From contig BLSG01000208.1 in the NCBI GenBank assembly GCA_012862495.1, positions 105,439-169,438 on the forward strand: DNA of 64,000 bases. Reading direction: 5' to 3'. Below are positions 19,168 through 30,236 of this stretch, one piece after another. Numbering within the stretch: the stretch's first letter is position 1; every line of letters begins with the position of its first letter. Both the position numbers and the translations under genes were made by a program. Under the pieces are notes generated by a model that saw nothing but the letters and a program-made list of their open reading frames with translations, was not told the DNA's origin and did no database searches. Origin of the DNA: Thraustochytrium aureum (lineage: Eukaryota).

Positions 19168-22059
19168 CTACTCCGCGACGGGCAGAATGCCGAGTCGTAC
19201 CGAGGCGACTCGATATAATGTCGCAACGCGCCGCTCATCGAGCGAACGATGCCAGCGACCTTCTCGGCCGGCAACAGGGCTCAGCAGATTATCGAGCTCG
19301 GCCGGGTCCGACTCGACGTCAAAGAGATCTGACGGGTCGTACTTTGACGGGCGGGCTTGCCGCGGGTCCCGCGGCTCCAGGTAGAGCTTGTACCGCCCCA
19401 TGCGCACGGCAAATCGCGGAGTAGCCTGCATGCAATCGACGCCGACCGGGGCTAATCTATACTCGAAGAGCAGCGCGCGTTTGCTGCGAGCAGCCGCAGT
19501 CTTGGCAAAAAGATCGCTGCCATCGAGGTCGAGGCCGCTGGGCCGGACACCTGCAAGCGCAGCGAGAGTCGGAAAGAGGTCAAAAGAGGCGGCTGGTTGC
19601 GCATCACGCCGCCCTGCTGGCAGCACGCCTTCCCAGCGCATGAGGAAGGGCATGCGCAAGCCGCCTTCGAGCAGGCTGCGCTTGCCGCCGCGAAACGGAT
19701 TCGCCGAGCCCGCGCTTGCGTGGTAGACGGTCTGGTGCTCGGGCCCGTTGTCGCTCGAGTAGACGACGAGCACCTTGTCGTCAAGCCCCTTGTCGTCCAG
19801 AAACCGCAGCAAGCGGCCAACCTGTTCGTCGTGGTCCTTGACTAGGGCCCGGTAAATTTGCAGCGGGACGTGTGGTCCACGTTGGGATTTGGCAGCGCGC
19901 CGTCTGAACCACGCCGCGAGTCCGCCGGCGCACCAGGGTAGGGGTTGGCGGAGGAGGGGTACCCCAGCGTGGCGGCCTGGTCGTACGACGTTGCCAGGTT
20001 CAGTGGGGCGTGGCTGTTTTGGAACCACACGTTGGCGTAAAAGCTCTCGTTGCGCCCCAGGCGCTCCTCGATGAATCGGATCGTCTGCGACACAATGTCG
20101 GCCTGGGCGTGCGCCGCAAAGCACACGTCGGAGTTGTCAAGCACCTGGTCGGCGGCCTCCATCTCAGGGGAAACGGTAGCCCCGTACACTTGCAAGTGGT
20201 CGATTCCGTAGGACGGATGGCTTGGAGGGCGGCTCACGTTGAGGCCAGTCTGCGGGTCCACGGCTCCGAACGCGGCGTCGCCGAGGTGCCACTTGCCAAA
20301 GTGGCCGGTTACAAAACCGGCCTGCTTGAACGCGGACGTTATGAATTCCAGACCACCGCCCTGGCTTTCGCCAACTGCGTGGCCAAGGAACGGCGCCACA
20401 CCAGTGTCTTTCGACTTGCTCAGGTCCGACTGCACAATCCCGTGGATCGCCACTGAGCGGTGGAATGGGTACAAGCCCGTCATCAGCGCGGCGCGGGTCG
20501 GGGAGCACACCGCCGCGTTTGCATAAAAGCTGTCGAACTGGACGCCGCGGCGCCCTATCGAGTCGATCTCCGGAGTCCTGGGCTCGAAAGCCACGCGAAT
20601 NNNNNNNNNNNNNNNNNNNNNNNNNNNNNNNNNNNNNNNNNNNNNNNNNNNNNNNNNNNNNNNNNNNNNNNNNNNNNNNNNNNNNNNNNNNNNNNNNNNN
20701 NNNNNNNNNNNNNNNNNNNNNNNNNNNNNNNNNNNNNNNNNNNNNNNNNNNNNNNNNNNNNNNNNGGAGCACTTGGTACAGCTCCACTCGAGGGAGAGCT
20801 CCCAACTCGACGAGGAGTTTGTACTCGGCGCTCACCATCACCGCAAACCGGGGGGCTTGCGCTGTGCAGTGGCCTGGAACCGCGCCTGCCCAGTCCCACA
20901 ACAATGGCCGGGCGGAGCGATCGCCGTCAGCCTGCGCCGCGGGAGCGCCGAGCAAGTACTGACTGAGGTCCAAACCGCGCATGCCCGGCGCGGCGGCCAC
21001 CGCAGCTCCCGCGCTCTGACCAAGTAGAAGACCCACCGCGGTCGGCGCCCAGTCAACGCTGCCCACGAGCCGGCCGCGGTTTTGCGCGCCAATCGCGAGG
21101 TGCATGGTCCTTGTTGCACCTTCAGGGACGTGAATCCAGTACCGAAACGGGACACGGACCCCGCCATCGTAGATCGAGCGCTTGAGGCCACGAAAGCGGG
21201 TGCGCCCGTCTGCGTGGGCGTAGACCTGCGGCGACTCTGGGCCGTTGCTGCTCGCGAACGCGACGAGGTTTGGCACGCCAAGGCTGCCGAGAGCGGCTAC
21301 GAAAGCTCCGACGAGCGCGGACTCGGCCCGCCTGCTTGCCTTGTAAATCTGTCGAGGACACGACCTGTAGCGCGGTGCAGCATAGGCGTCCCCGCGAATT
21401 TTGTCGCGGCAGTTGGCAGAGTCTTCGGCAACACCGGCCACGCCATGTGCCCACGCAGAGCTCCCCGGCGCCTCGGCCTCAAAGGCGACGTCTTTGGTGG
21501 GGAGCCACACGCTGATGAAGAACTTGACCTGGTGTAGGGCGCAGACTCGAGCGAACTCGGCGGCAGCTTCGAGCGCCGCCTTGCCCGAGGTGGTCTTGAC
21601 CAACCGGTCGAGGCGGCCTGTGGCTTGCTGCAGCATCGGGTCCAGGGGGTCCCACTCCCCGAAATGGCCCACGCGGACGCCGCCTTGCTTGAGCCAATCG
21701 ACGAGCACAGCCTCCCGCGGCTCGATGGGATCGCCAGGAAACGCACCGTTCAGAAACGAGTCCCTGGCTGGCTCCGTATCCGGGCTCGCCACGCGAAAAC
21801 TGAGCAGCGAAACGCCCGAGGCGACCTGCATGTCCTCCTCCACATCAGCATCTCCCCAGTCTCGCACAACAACGATAGCCAGGCCCCCAAGCCCGCTCTC
21901 CGCCACGGTCTCGCGCGCCTCGCTCTTCCCCTCCCTAACCACGTTCCACGTCGCGCTCAGTGCACTTCCCTCGGCCTGGTCCGCGATTCGCCTCAGGCTG
22001 AGCAGCGCGACGCCGGCGGCTGCCAGCACCGCCGCCACGCCCCACGCCCTGCCCTTCAT
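19168..22059 (-). CDS. Membrane-anchored/secreted sulfatase with tandem domains: degenerate N-terminal domain plus formylglycine-type C-terminal domain
   Basis: N-terminal hydrophobic segment. Domain 2 has CSPTRAALMTG, GHFGKWHLG, SSDNGPE and GGKRSLLEGGLRMPF. Domain 1 has the parallel motifs GHFGEW, SSNGPE and GLKRSIYDGGVRVPF. Gap 20601-20765, frameshift near 19880. Confidence 0.8.
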
Positions 22060-23057
22060 GGCCTCCAGGCGCGCTCTTGCCCATCGCAGCCGCTCGCTCA
22101 CGGGTCTGTCTGCGCGGCCGCGTCCATCCCACCGCCTCCAGAACCCCATCGCCCCGACGAGCCCGACGCCCTCCAAGCCGCAGCGCGAGGACCATCCCGA
22201 CGCCGTCCAGGCCGCGTCGCGGCGTCCCTCCAGGCGAGATCCTCGGCGCGGCGAGCGCCGTCGAGGTCCATCCCCAGCGCAACGCCATCGACATTCCCGT
22301 CGCGGGCGCCGTCGAGATCCCCGTCCAGGTCTCGTTCGCGACGACCATCGCGAGGCCCGTCCAGAACGCCGCCGCGAGGACCATCCAGTCGCCGCCCAGG
22401 CCGCGTCGCGACGCCCACCCAGGCAAGGTCCCCAGCGCGGCGACCGCGGCGCCGAGGTCCATCCCCGTCGCGGAGGGCGTCGTGACGACCGTCGCGAGGC
22501 CGTCCAGGTCCCCGACGCGAGGACCGTCCAGGGCGCGGCAGGCTGGAGCAGGTTGGAGCAGGTTGGAGGCGGCGCGCGCGGTAGCGTGTTTTTGACCCCA
22601 TGGGCGGCGGCTGGAGGGCGCGGCGCGTGGTGGAGGGCGCCGTGCTCGCCTCGTTTCCGGTGGCCTGGGCGATATGGCGCGGCGCGAGCGCCGGCGAGTG
22701 GCGCAAGGTAGGTCGGTGGCTTGGCGACGCTGGGGCTGCGCGGGCGCGGTGGTGGTGAGCTGACGCCGGCGGGCTGGCAGGAAGGGAGCGTGCTGGTCGC
22801 CGTTGGTGGGCTNNNNNNNNNNNNNNNNNNNNNNNNNNNNNNNNNNNNNNNNNNNNNNNNNNNNNNNNNNNNNNNNNNNNNNNNNNNNNNNNNNNNNNNN
22901 NNNNNNNNNNNNNNNNNNNNNNNNNNNNNNNNNNNNNNNNNNNNNNNNNNNNNNNNNNNNNNNNNNNNNNNNNNNNNNNNNNNNNNNNNNNNNNNNNNNN
23001 NNNNNNNNNNNNNNNNNNNNNNNNNNNNNNNNNNNNNNNNNNNNNNNNNNNNNNNCC

Positions 23058-23579
23058 GTGCTGGTCCTTGCGTTTCTGTGGGACCTGCGCGTGTGGTTTT
23101 GGTACCTGACGTTCTTTGGCGTCATCGCGGTCGCGCTGCCGCCGGGTGCGCTCGAGTGGGGCGACGCCGTGCAGGTCCTGGCGCCGCCAACGCTGCGGCC
23201 GCTTATGACACGAGGAGTGAAGCGGCCTGCTACTTTGGTCATGTTTTACTCGCCTTGGGACCAGCGCTGCGTCGACGCTGTGCCAATGTTCAAGCGGGTT
23301 GCAAGCGCTTTCAGCAGCGATGAAATGCGCTTTGCGCGAATCGACGTGATCAAGTGGCCCGAGCTCGCCGAGGAGCTCAGGATCAAAACAGAGTTTGGCA
23401 GCTCGGACCTGCCTGCGTTCGTTCAGTTTGAGGGCGGGAAAGCGCACCGCGCGCTGCCCGCCAGTGTCGGCGCGGCGTGTGGGACCGGCGCGAGCGAGGC
23501 GCCCCGCGTTATTACTGAGGCTAGCCTGGTCAGGTTTTTCAGCCTGGACTCGAGGGGCGGGGTCCTCAAGTCCGAGTAG
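23058..23579 (+). CDS. Thioredoxin-related transmembrane protein, TMX2-like (5' part in gap)
   Basis: TM segment followed by thioredoxin fold LVMFYSPWDQRC...FARIDV...LPAFVQFEGGK; single-Cys active-site region as in TMX2. Confidence 0.72.
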   Translation: MLVLAFLWDLRVWFWYLTFFGVIAVALPPGALEWGDAVQVLAPPTLRPLMTRGVKRPATLVMFYSPWDQRCVDAVPMFKRVASAFSSDEMRFARIDVIKWPELAEELRIKTEFGSSDLPAFVQFEGGKAHRALPASVGAACGTGASEAPRVITEASLVRFFSLDSRGGVLKSE

Positions 23580-24166
23580 GCTAGGTCGGGGACCACAGGT
23601 GAAGCCTCTGGTGAAGCCTCCAGAGGGGCTACGATTCGAGCTCGAGCGACGGGAACGGGCTCGGAAGCTCGATTGGACTCCGAAAACGCATCGCTGAGGC
23701 AGGCATGCGCGATGCAGGCCGAATGTGCGCTACGCGCAGCGCACGATCAGACTGAATTGCTGCGCAACTGTGCGACGAATTCGAGCGCTTCTTCGACCAC
23801 CGAGGACCATTTGCGCAGTGCGCGTGGAGCCCGCACGGGCGAGCCTCGTAGCAACGGCGGCGAGGTTCAACGAACTCGCACCTTGCGGCGTCTGGCAACG
23901 TTTCCGTCCCATCAGCCGGCAGCACCCTCGGCCCGTGGAGCGCAGCGAGTAGCTTTCTTCGCATGACCAACCACCTGAACCACCTGGTGCCTCCGGTTCA
24001 GCACCACGAAGCGGCATGACCCTTCTCTCTAGCTAGAGCTAGAGAATCAATTGAGTCTCCCAAGCTCTTGTTTGTTTCTTAGTCTCATCGTGCATCACGG
24101 CTAGCCCGGGCCGACGGCGCCAGCGCGGCGGGCTTCCCGGTTGTGCAGGCACCTGTTCGGGGCTGC

Positions 24167-25935
24167 TCAAGCGTCGTCGTCGCGATAGAGCGGTGCGTAC
24201 TTTGCGACCACCACGCACTTGCCGTCACTTCGGGTGCAGTGTTCACGGAATGGGCCGCCAAGTTGCGGTGCTGGGTCCTGGCCGACCTCAAAGCCACGGT
24301 TGTTCCGCACGACGGCCTTGCAGGCAGTGTTGCGATCGGCTATAGTGGTTTTGCCCGCCTCGAAATCGCGCTGAATTGCAAGGCACGGGTCGGGCAGCTT
24401 CTCTGCCGAAGAAGGCTGGCAGACAAATGTGCGCATTTGGAGAGCAATGTTTCGCGCGGTGTCGTCAAAGTTGGGGTCCTTTGCAAGCCACACGGCATCG
24501 CAGGCGCACTGGTAAAACACGGACGCACGGCTCTTCACATCGCTCTGAAAGCACAGGATTTTAGCGCTCGGATATTGGGACTTGAAAACTTGGGCTGCTG
24601 CGCAAGAGTCTTCGATCGATCCCCTGCCATTCCCGTGTCGTGACGTGTACGGGCGACCGTCCGAAAGGATGACCAGCGTCGGGTTGGGCGTCTGGCTGTT
24701 TGCCGCTATGCCGGCCTGGCCAGCGAGAGGCCCGATGTTTTCCAGGATCGTGAGAAAGTTGGTCCATTTGCTCCGCCCGTTTGTCTGTAGGTTGACATAG
24801 TTGGTCACCGTCGAGATCACCGAGGCGCGGTCATAGGAAGCAGCAGTACCCATGCTAGAGATGGGCAGAATCTCGCGATAGTCCTTGGCAAAGTCGACTA
24901 GGGCGACGTGCGTACCATCCTCCTGAATGTGGAGCTCGTCCAACAGATTGAAAAGCACGTCGCGCTGCTTTTGCATTTGCCGCTTGTTGATCGAGTAGCT
25001 GCGGTCCATTACGAGGGTGACGCGCGCGTCCGGGCAGAATCCGTACTCAGTAGGCGACGAGGTCGGGTTGGCCGTGGGGGATCGGCGCCATCGTCGGCGC
25101 GAGCGAGGGGCTCTTCGAGGGGGTCACAGAAGGGGAGCTCGTCGGTCGAGCGCTCGTTGGGGCCGGCGACGGGCTTGCAGTCGGCGCGAGCGAGGGGGCC
25201 TTCGAGGGGGGTCGCAGAAGGGGATCCCGTCGGCGCCGCAGTCGGTGAAGCTGTGGGATCAGGCGTGTAGCAGAGCGTCTTGGAGATGACCTCTTCAATC
25301 ACCTCGTCGAGTCGGTTGAACTCAGCGGGGACAACGTCCGAGTTCGGGTCGAAGCCGACCACGCCGTTAAAGAGATCAATGTTTACGCGGTCGCCAATTT
25401 TCACGAAGATGAGCTTGTCCACACCGCCTAGCATGAGCTCGTTAGCGGCGTCGATCAGGTTCTGACCGCCCTCTCGCTTGCGGGGATCTGGGTTGCCGTC
25501 GGTGGCAAAGACCACCACGCGCTTTGAGCTGGGGCGCTTGGCGTTCCCGGGTTTGGTCAGGTACTGGCGCGCGAGGTGGCGCACGGCGTACCGCGTGTGG
25601 GTCGCACCGCGCGAGTAGCGCAGCCTCCCTAGGCTCCTCTCGAACGCTTCCACATCTGGAGTGAAGTCGATCTCGTCCCCAACTCGATAGCTGAACTCGA
25701 GGGCGCCGAAGCGCGACGAGTTGGCTGCCAGGCCTTGCGTGACTCGGCCCACAAACGTCAACAGCGACAAGTACGCCGTCTTGCCCACCGATGTTGACTC
25801 GTCCAGAACAAACACCACGTCCACCGGGTCGACCTTGGTTATGCAGTACGTCCCGTCACCTGCCGCGCCATGCCACAAAGCACAGGCTGCGACCGCCGAG
25901 GCCAGCACGGAACGCCACGAGGCCCTTCCCACCAT
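24167..25935 (-). CDS. Secreted protein with two von Willebrand factor A domains joined by a Pro/Ser/Thr linker
   Basis: Signal peptide MVGRASWRSVLASAVAACALWHGAAG. MIDAS DESTS with VFATDG, and second MIDAS DRSYS with VILSDG. PTASPTAAP linker; indels at ~25050-25210. Confidence 0.8.
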
Positions 25936-26412
25936 TGCGACTAGGCTGCACAAGTTCGCTGACTCGCTGTCTCGTCGGGCGCGCTGCACAGCGCTGAGAG
26001 AGCTCAAGCTCGATGCAAAGGCCCGTCACGGTAGGAATCAGGCTCTGCTCAGCGTCCGGCGTGCGAGCGCCTCGGCATCCCCGATACGAAGTGAATTTGG
26101 TGAGAGTGCTGAGAGGGCACGCATGCAAGGACGTGGACGCGACGCGCTGTGCACAGCGGTGCCCCTCATGCCCGTGACAGGTGTACTCAGCACAAAGTCG
26201 CAAAAACACAATTCTTCATGTAAAAAAGTGCGAGGGGCCTGCTTCGCGTCTGAACAGACTCTGAAAGCGCGAGAGGAAGTGGCAGAGGTGCACACGCACG
26301 CGCTTGCCAAAACCTGGCCGTCTTGTCGTCTTCCATCACCGTGACGGCCGACTCGCAGCACTCGAGCGGTGCGGCGCCTGTGTCGGCGCGGAGTGCGTTC
26401 ACATTTCATCGC

Positions 26413-26722
26413 AAGTTCGAAGTCATCCAAAAGGCGCGAAAGACGCGAAAGACGATGCGCAAAGTCATGTGGTGTGCTTGCACAATTGCCGGCAGGCCTG
26501 AGGCGATTGGAGTTGGCCAGGTGCGGCCACATGTTCAAAGTCATCCAAAAGACGCGAAAGACGCGAAAGACAACGCGCACAAGTCGCCAAAGACAACGCG
26601 CACAAGTCGCCAAAGACAACAAAACCATGTTGAAACATGTGTTTCAACTTGATTGATTGATTGATTGAGATGTGGAGTGCTTGCACAACTGCCTGCAGGC
26701 TCGGCGATTTGTGATGGCCAGG
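26413..26722. repeat. Degenerate ~110-bp tandem duplication; second copy carries an insertion with a 23-bp repeat, a hairpin and (TTGA)n
   Basis: gttcraagtcatccaaaag...gtc and atgtggwgtgcttgcacaa...ggccagg each occur twice; hairpin gttgaaaca-tg-tgtttcaac at 26629-26648. Confidence 0.75.
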
Positions 26723-27807
26723 CCTTTTCAGGTGCGCTGGTTGTGCACCGGAACGACTTGTGCACTGGTTTCGATGATTTAGGACGGACTAAGGAAGAAC
26801 AAATGTGTTCCTCGGTTAGGGTTGGGTTAGGGTATCAAAGTTCTGGGACAACGTGATGGTCGCAAAGCCGGTCGTATGCGTGGTGTGCGAACTGGGTGTT
26901 GGCTGCGTTCGAGATTGTCGTCCCCGTTCGTTGGCGGTGAAAAGATTGCAAGGCGAGTGCCTGTCACGCAGCAACTCTTCCCGCGCGACTCTGCGCTTCA
27001 TGTGACAGAGTTTTTCCGCAGCAGCACCACAGCTCGGGTGCTTGCGACGGCCAACGGACGCAGTCCTGCGCCATTCGCGCAATCGTTTGCGCGTTCGATG
27101 ATCTGTGAGTTNNNNNNNNNNNNNNNNNNNNNNNNNNNNNNNNNNNNNNNNNNNNNNNNNNNNNNNNNNNNNNNNNNNNNNNNNNNNNNNNNNNNNNNNN
27201 NNNNNNNNNNNNNNNNNNNNNNNNNNNNNNNNNNNNNNNNNNNNNNNNNNNNNNNNNNNNNNNNNNNNNNNNNNNNNNNNNNNNNNNNNNNNTCGGCGTG
27301 AATTACTTTGGTCGGGTTGGCTGCAGCCAAACCCCCCCCAAGCGACTTGCGGCTTTGCGCATCCATCTGGTGCATTTTTGTCCCTTCTCACCAATGGCAA
27401 GTCGCCTGCAAATCAATCAAGTACTCAATGGGACTGTTGATGCACCTGCCCGGTCGGCAGGCAGAGCTGACGTATGTACCTTCTCGAACACATGATCCAC
27501 TTTGCATACGCTGTAGTTCGCAGGGGCGAATCATCAATCGACGCCAGATTCAGGTGCAGAGTTCTCCTTTCCAGCACGAACCGCAGCGTGAACTGGAACG
27601 GCCGCTGGGCGTCACGAGCTCAGCCTTAAAAAAAGTGATGGCAGAATGCAATGGCAGAATGTGTAGCAAAAATAAATGTAGCGCGCAGTGGGTTGCTGAC
27701 CATTTCCACAACGGCGTCGAGCATTTCTGCGCGCCCATCGATCTGGCAGCGCAAAAGTCGCAGGCTCTCTCCAGAGCAAGGCCAAGGCCGCGGCGCAGAG
27801 AGCCAGG

Positions 27808-29565
27808 ATGGTCGGCGTGCTCGGGGGCACGATCAGCACGAGGTCGGTCTGCACGTTCCCGAACACTTTCAGCGAGGCCGCTTTGGAGATATACCGCGCG
27901 AATAGCAGCGCCGCTGAGCTCGGCCCTGAGGACTGCACACGGACGTATGGCGAGTTCCTCGGCGCGGGCTGGATTGTATTTCAGCTTATCATCGCAGCGG
28001 CAAACGCGCTCTATGTCGTGCCTGTGCTGGTGCTCCGTCTGCGGCGCATCAAGGCATTCGCCAAGTCGGTGCATCGCCCATACATGAGCCTGACGCAGCC
28101 ACGAGTCTACTTGTGCGCGCTCACGATCTCGGTGGCGCTGCTGGTTGAGATGGTCGACCCTCTCGGGTTTCACGATGTTGTGTTGCCCCAAGTCTACTTT
28201 TTGTGCGACGAAGTCATCGGAGGCACCTGCTACGTGCTGACCCTGCTGGTGGTCGACTTTTGGTGCCTCTGCGCCAAGGGCATGCGGCGCAACCAAAGCG
28301 GACTGCCCAAGTCCGTCATTGCTGGCCTGAGCTTGCTTGCATACTTCAATTTCATTGGCTTTCAAGTCGCCGGCATGCGAGACTACCCCAACTACTTTGT
28401 GTGGGAAGGGGTCAAGATGTTCTGCGGTGTCGTCCTCCTCTTGGTGATCTCCGCGGTCGCGTGGTTCTACGTAAGACGTATCGAGGGCTCCCTGCTTGCT
28501 ATGCAAGCCTTGCAAGCCGGCTCCGATGCGCAAGAGTCTAGCCAGAGAATCTCGCCCGACCGGGATGGAGGCAGCGACAAAGACGACCTGGGGCAAGTCG
28601 AGACCCCCAAGTCAAAGCTTTCGGCAGCCAAACTGCTCAAGACCCAGGCCGCCGCCGCGCTCAGGCAAGCCGCGAACTCCCTCCGCAAATCTCCCCCCAG
28701 CGATTTGAGCCCCACAGCAAGGATCGTCGAGCAGCTCAAGGCAAAGTACCGCCAGTTCTTCATGCTCGTTGGTCTGGCTTGTCTGGTGATGAGCGCCAAC
28801 GGTGTTGTGGCAATCACGCGCCCTGCTGAAAGCCTTTCTTGGGGCTACGATGTTCTCGAGGTTGACGTTTACGTCTTTGCCGCGCTGCTCAAGGTCGTGT
28901 ACACATTTGTCGTGCTAACTGTTATCAGATTCTTCCACGTCCCGGGAGGCCACCCCTCAGCTATGGCGTCCTCTGGCAAGACGAGGAGCTCCTCCGACGC
29001 TCCTAACTCGAGCTCAAATTTACCAGCCAGCTCAAGCTTCGTGAAGACGTTGGTCAAAAGGGTCACAACGTCGTTCTCGTCCAAGGAGGGGAAGAGCGAG
29101 CACTCAGATTTTCCGCGCCCGTCCCACACCCAAGTGGCGTCCATATATGACATGGACGAATGGCGCCCACTGGGAAACGAGGTTTTGCAGACTATCCTCA
29201 ACGACCCGAGGCAGCGCGCCGAGTTCCTTGCTTTTTGCGAAACCAAGCACGGGCACGAAAGCGTCTTGTGCTTCGCGGCGATCCTCGATTTTGAGAGCGA
29301 GGTTGCGAAGGGCGGCACTGGCACGCCAGGCGCCCTCGCTGCGGCAAAGCACGTGTTGTCTACCTTTCTCGTTCAAGATGCGCCATATCCGGTCAACATT
29401 TCCGCGCACAACTTGGCGTGCGTCCGCCAGCACGCTCGTCGGGACGGATCACTTGTGGGGATCACCGCGGCGAGCTTCTCCCGGATCAAGCGCGAGCTCT
29501 TCGACATACTGGACGACAACTTTTACGGTCCATTCCAAGAAATGCGCAGTGGCTGGTCCATCTGA
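27808..29565 (+). CDS. 7TM-RGS protein: seven-transmembrane domain fused to a C-terminal regulator of G-protein signalling domain
   Basis: Seven hydrophobic helices with a long polar loop between TM5 and TM6. C-terminal ILNDP...EFLAFCETKHGHESVLCF...TFL..DAPYPVNIS...F..IKRELFDILDDNFYGPF matches the RGS box. Intact ORF. Confidence 0.85.
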   Translation: MVGVLGGTISTRSVCTFPNTFSEAALEIYRANSSAAELGPEDCTRTYGEFLGAGWIVFQLIIAAANALYVVPVLVLRLRRIKAFAKSVHRPYMSLTQPRVYLCALTISVALLVEMVDPLGFHDVVLPQVYFLCDEVIGGTCYVLTLLVVDFWCLCAKGMRRNQSGLPKSVIAGLSLLAYFNFIGFQVAGMRDYPNYFVWEGVKMFCGVVLLLVISAVAWFYVRRIEGSLLAMQALQAGSDAQESSQRISPDRDGGSDKDDLGQVETPKSKLSAAKLLKTQAAAALRQAANSLRKSPPSDLSPTARIVEQLKAKYRQFFMLVGLACLVMSANGVVAITRPAESLSWGYDVLEVDVYVFAALLKVVYTFVVLTVIRFFHVPGGHPSAMASSGKTRSSSDAPNSSSNLPASSSFVKTLVKRVTTSFSSKEGKSEHSDFPRPSHTQVASIYDMDEWRPLGNEVLQTILNDPRQRAEFLAFCETKHGHESVLCFAAILDFESEVAKGGTGTPGALAAAKHVLSTFLVQDAPYPVNISAHNLACVRQHARRDGSLVGITAASFSRIKRELFDILDDNFYGPFQEMRSGWSI

Positions 29566-30009
29566 AACGGCGCCGATTCGACCCATTTCCGTCGCGATCC
29601 GCAAGCCCGCCCCAGCCTTGCACCACTAATCGACGCGCACGGTATCAATGTAGCATGAAAAACAACCTCCGCGCTCGTCCAGAACACCGCCCTGCCTACC
29701 GCGGGCCCTCGGCCATTCCGTTCAGCGTGTTTCCCCTGCGCGAAGAACGCATCGAGCGTCACGTTGACCGACCGCCGAACAAATCCGTCCCAATCCACGA
29801 GCTCGGCTGCAGCACGAACAACCCCAGCCTCTTGGAGCGCCTCGAGGCCTGACTTGCCGGCCGTCGTCCTGGGCGACCGACCACGCTCAATCAAGAACGC
29901 ATCGAGCATCACATCCAGCCGAATTCGACCTCATCTTGTCCGACCGCGACTGCGATGATGACCACGATCAACTTGAACACCAACTCCGGTGCGCAGAGCC
30001 GAAACCACT

Positions 30010-30063
30010 GCAGAGCAGAGCAGAGCAAAGCAGAGCAGAGCAAAGCAGAGCAGAGCAGAGCAA
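30010..30063. repeat. (GCAGA/GCAAA)n microsatellite
   Basis: About 10 pentamer units seen directly. Confidence 0.85.
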
Positions 30064-30236
30064 GGCCGGCCTGGGCCAAGGCCGTTCCGGTGCTGTTCTT
30101 GTCGCGGACAATCGAGTCTCGGAGCTGCTCGAGTTGGCCAAGACAGCGCCGCGTTGGACGTCGCGACGACCTTGCCCGGCCCCGAGCCACGAGTGTTGCT
30201 CGCGGTGGCGACGCTCGACGCGAGGCGGTCTTGGCG

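Noticed and set aside
22120..22545. Pro/Ser/Arg-rich repetitive stretch open in several frames
   Set aside because: Low-complexity GC-rich sequence with no consistent frame, start or domain.
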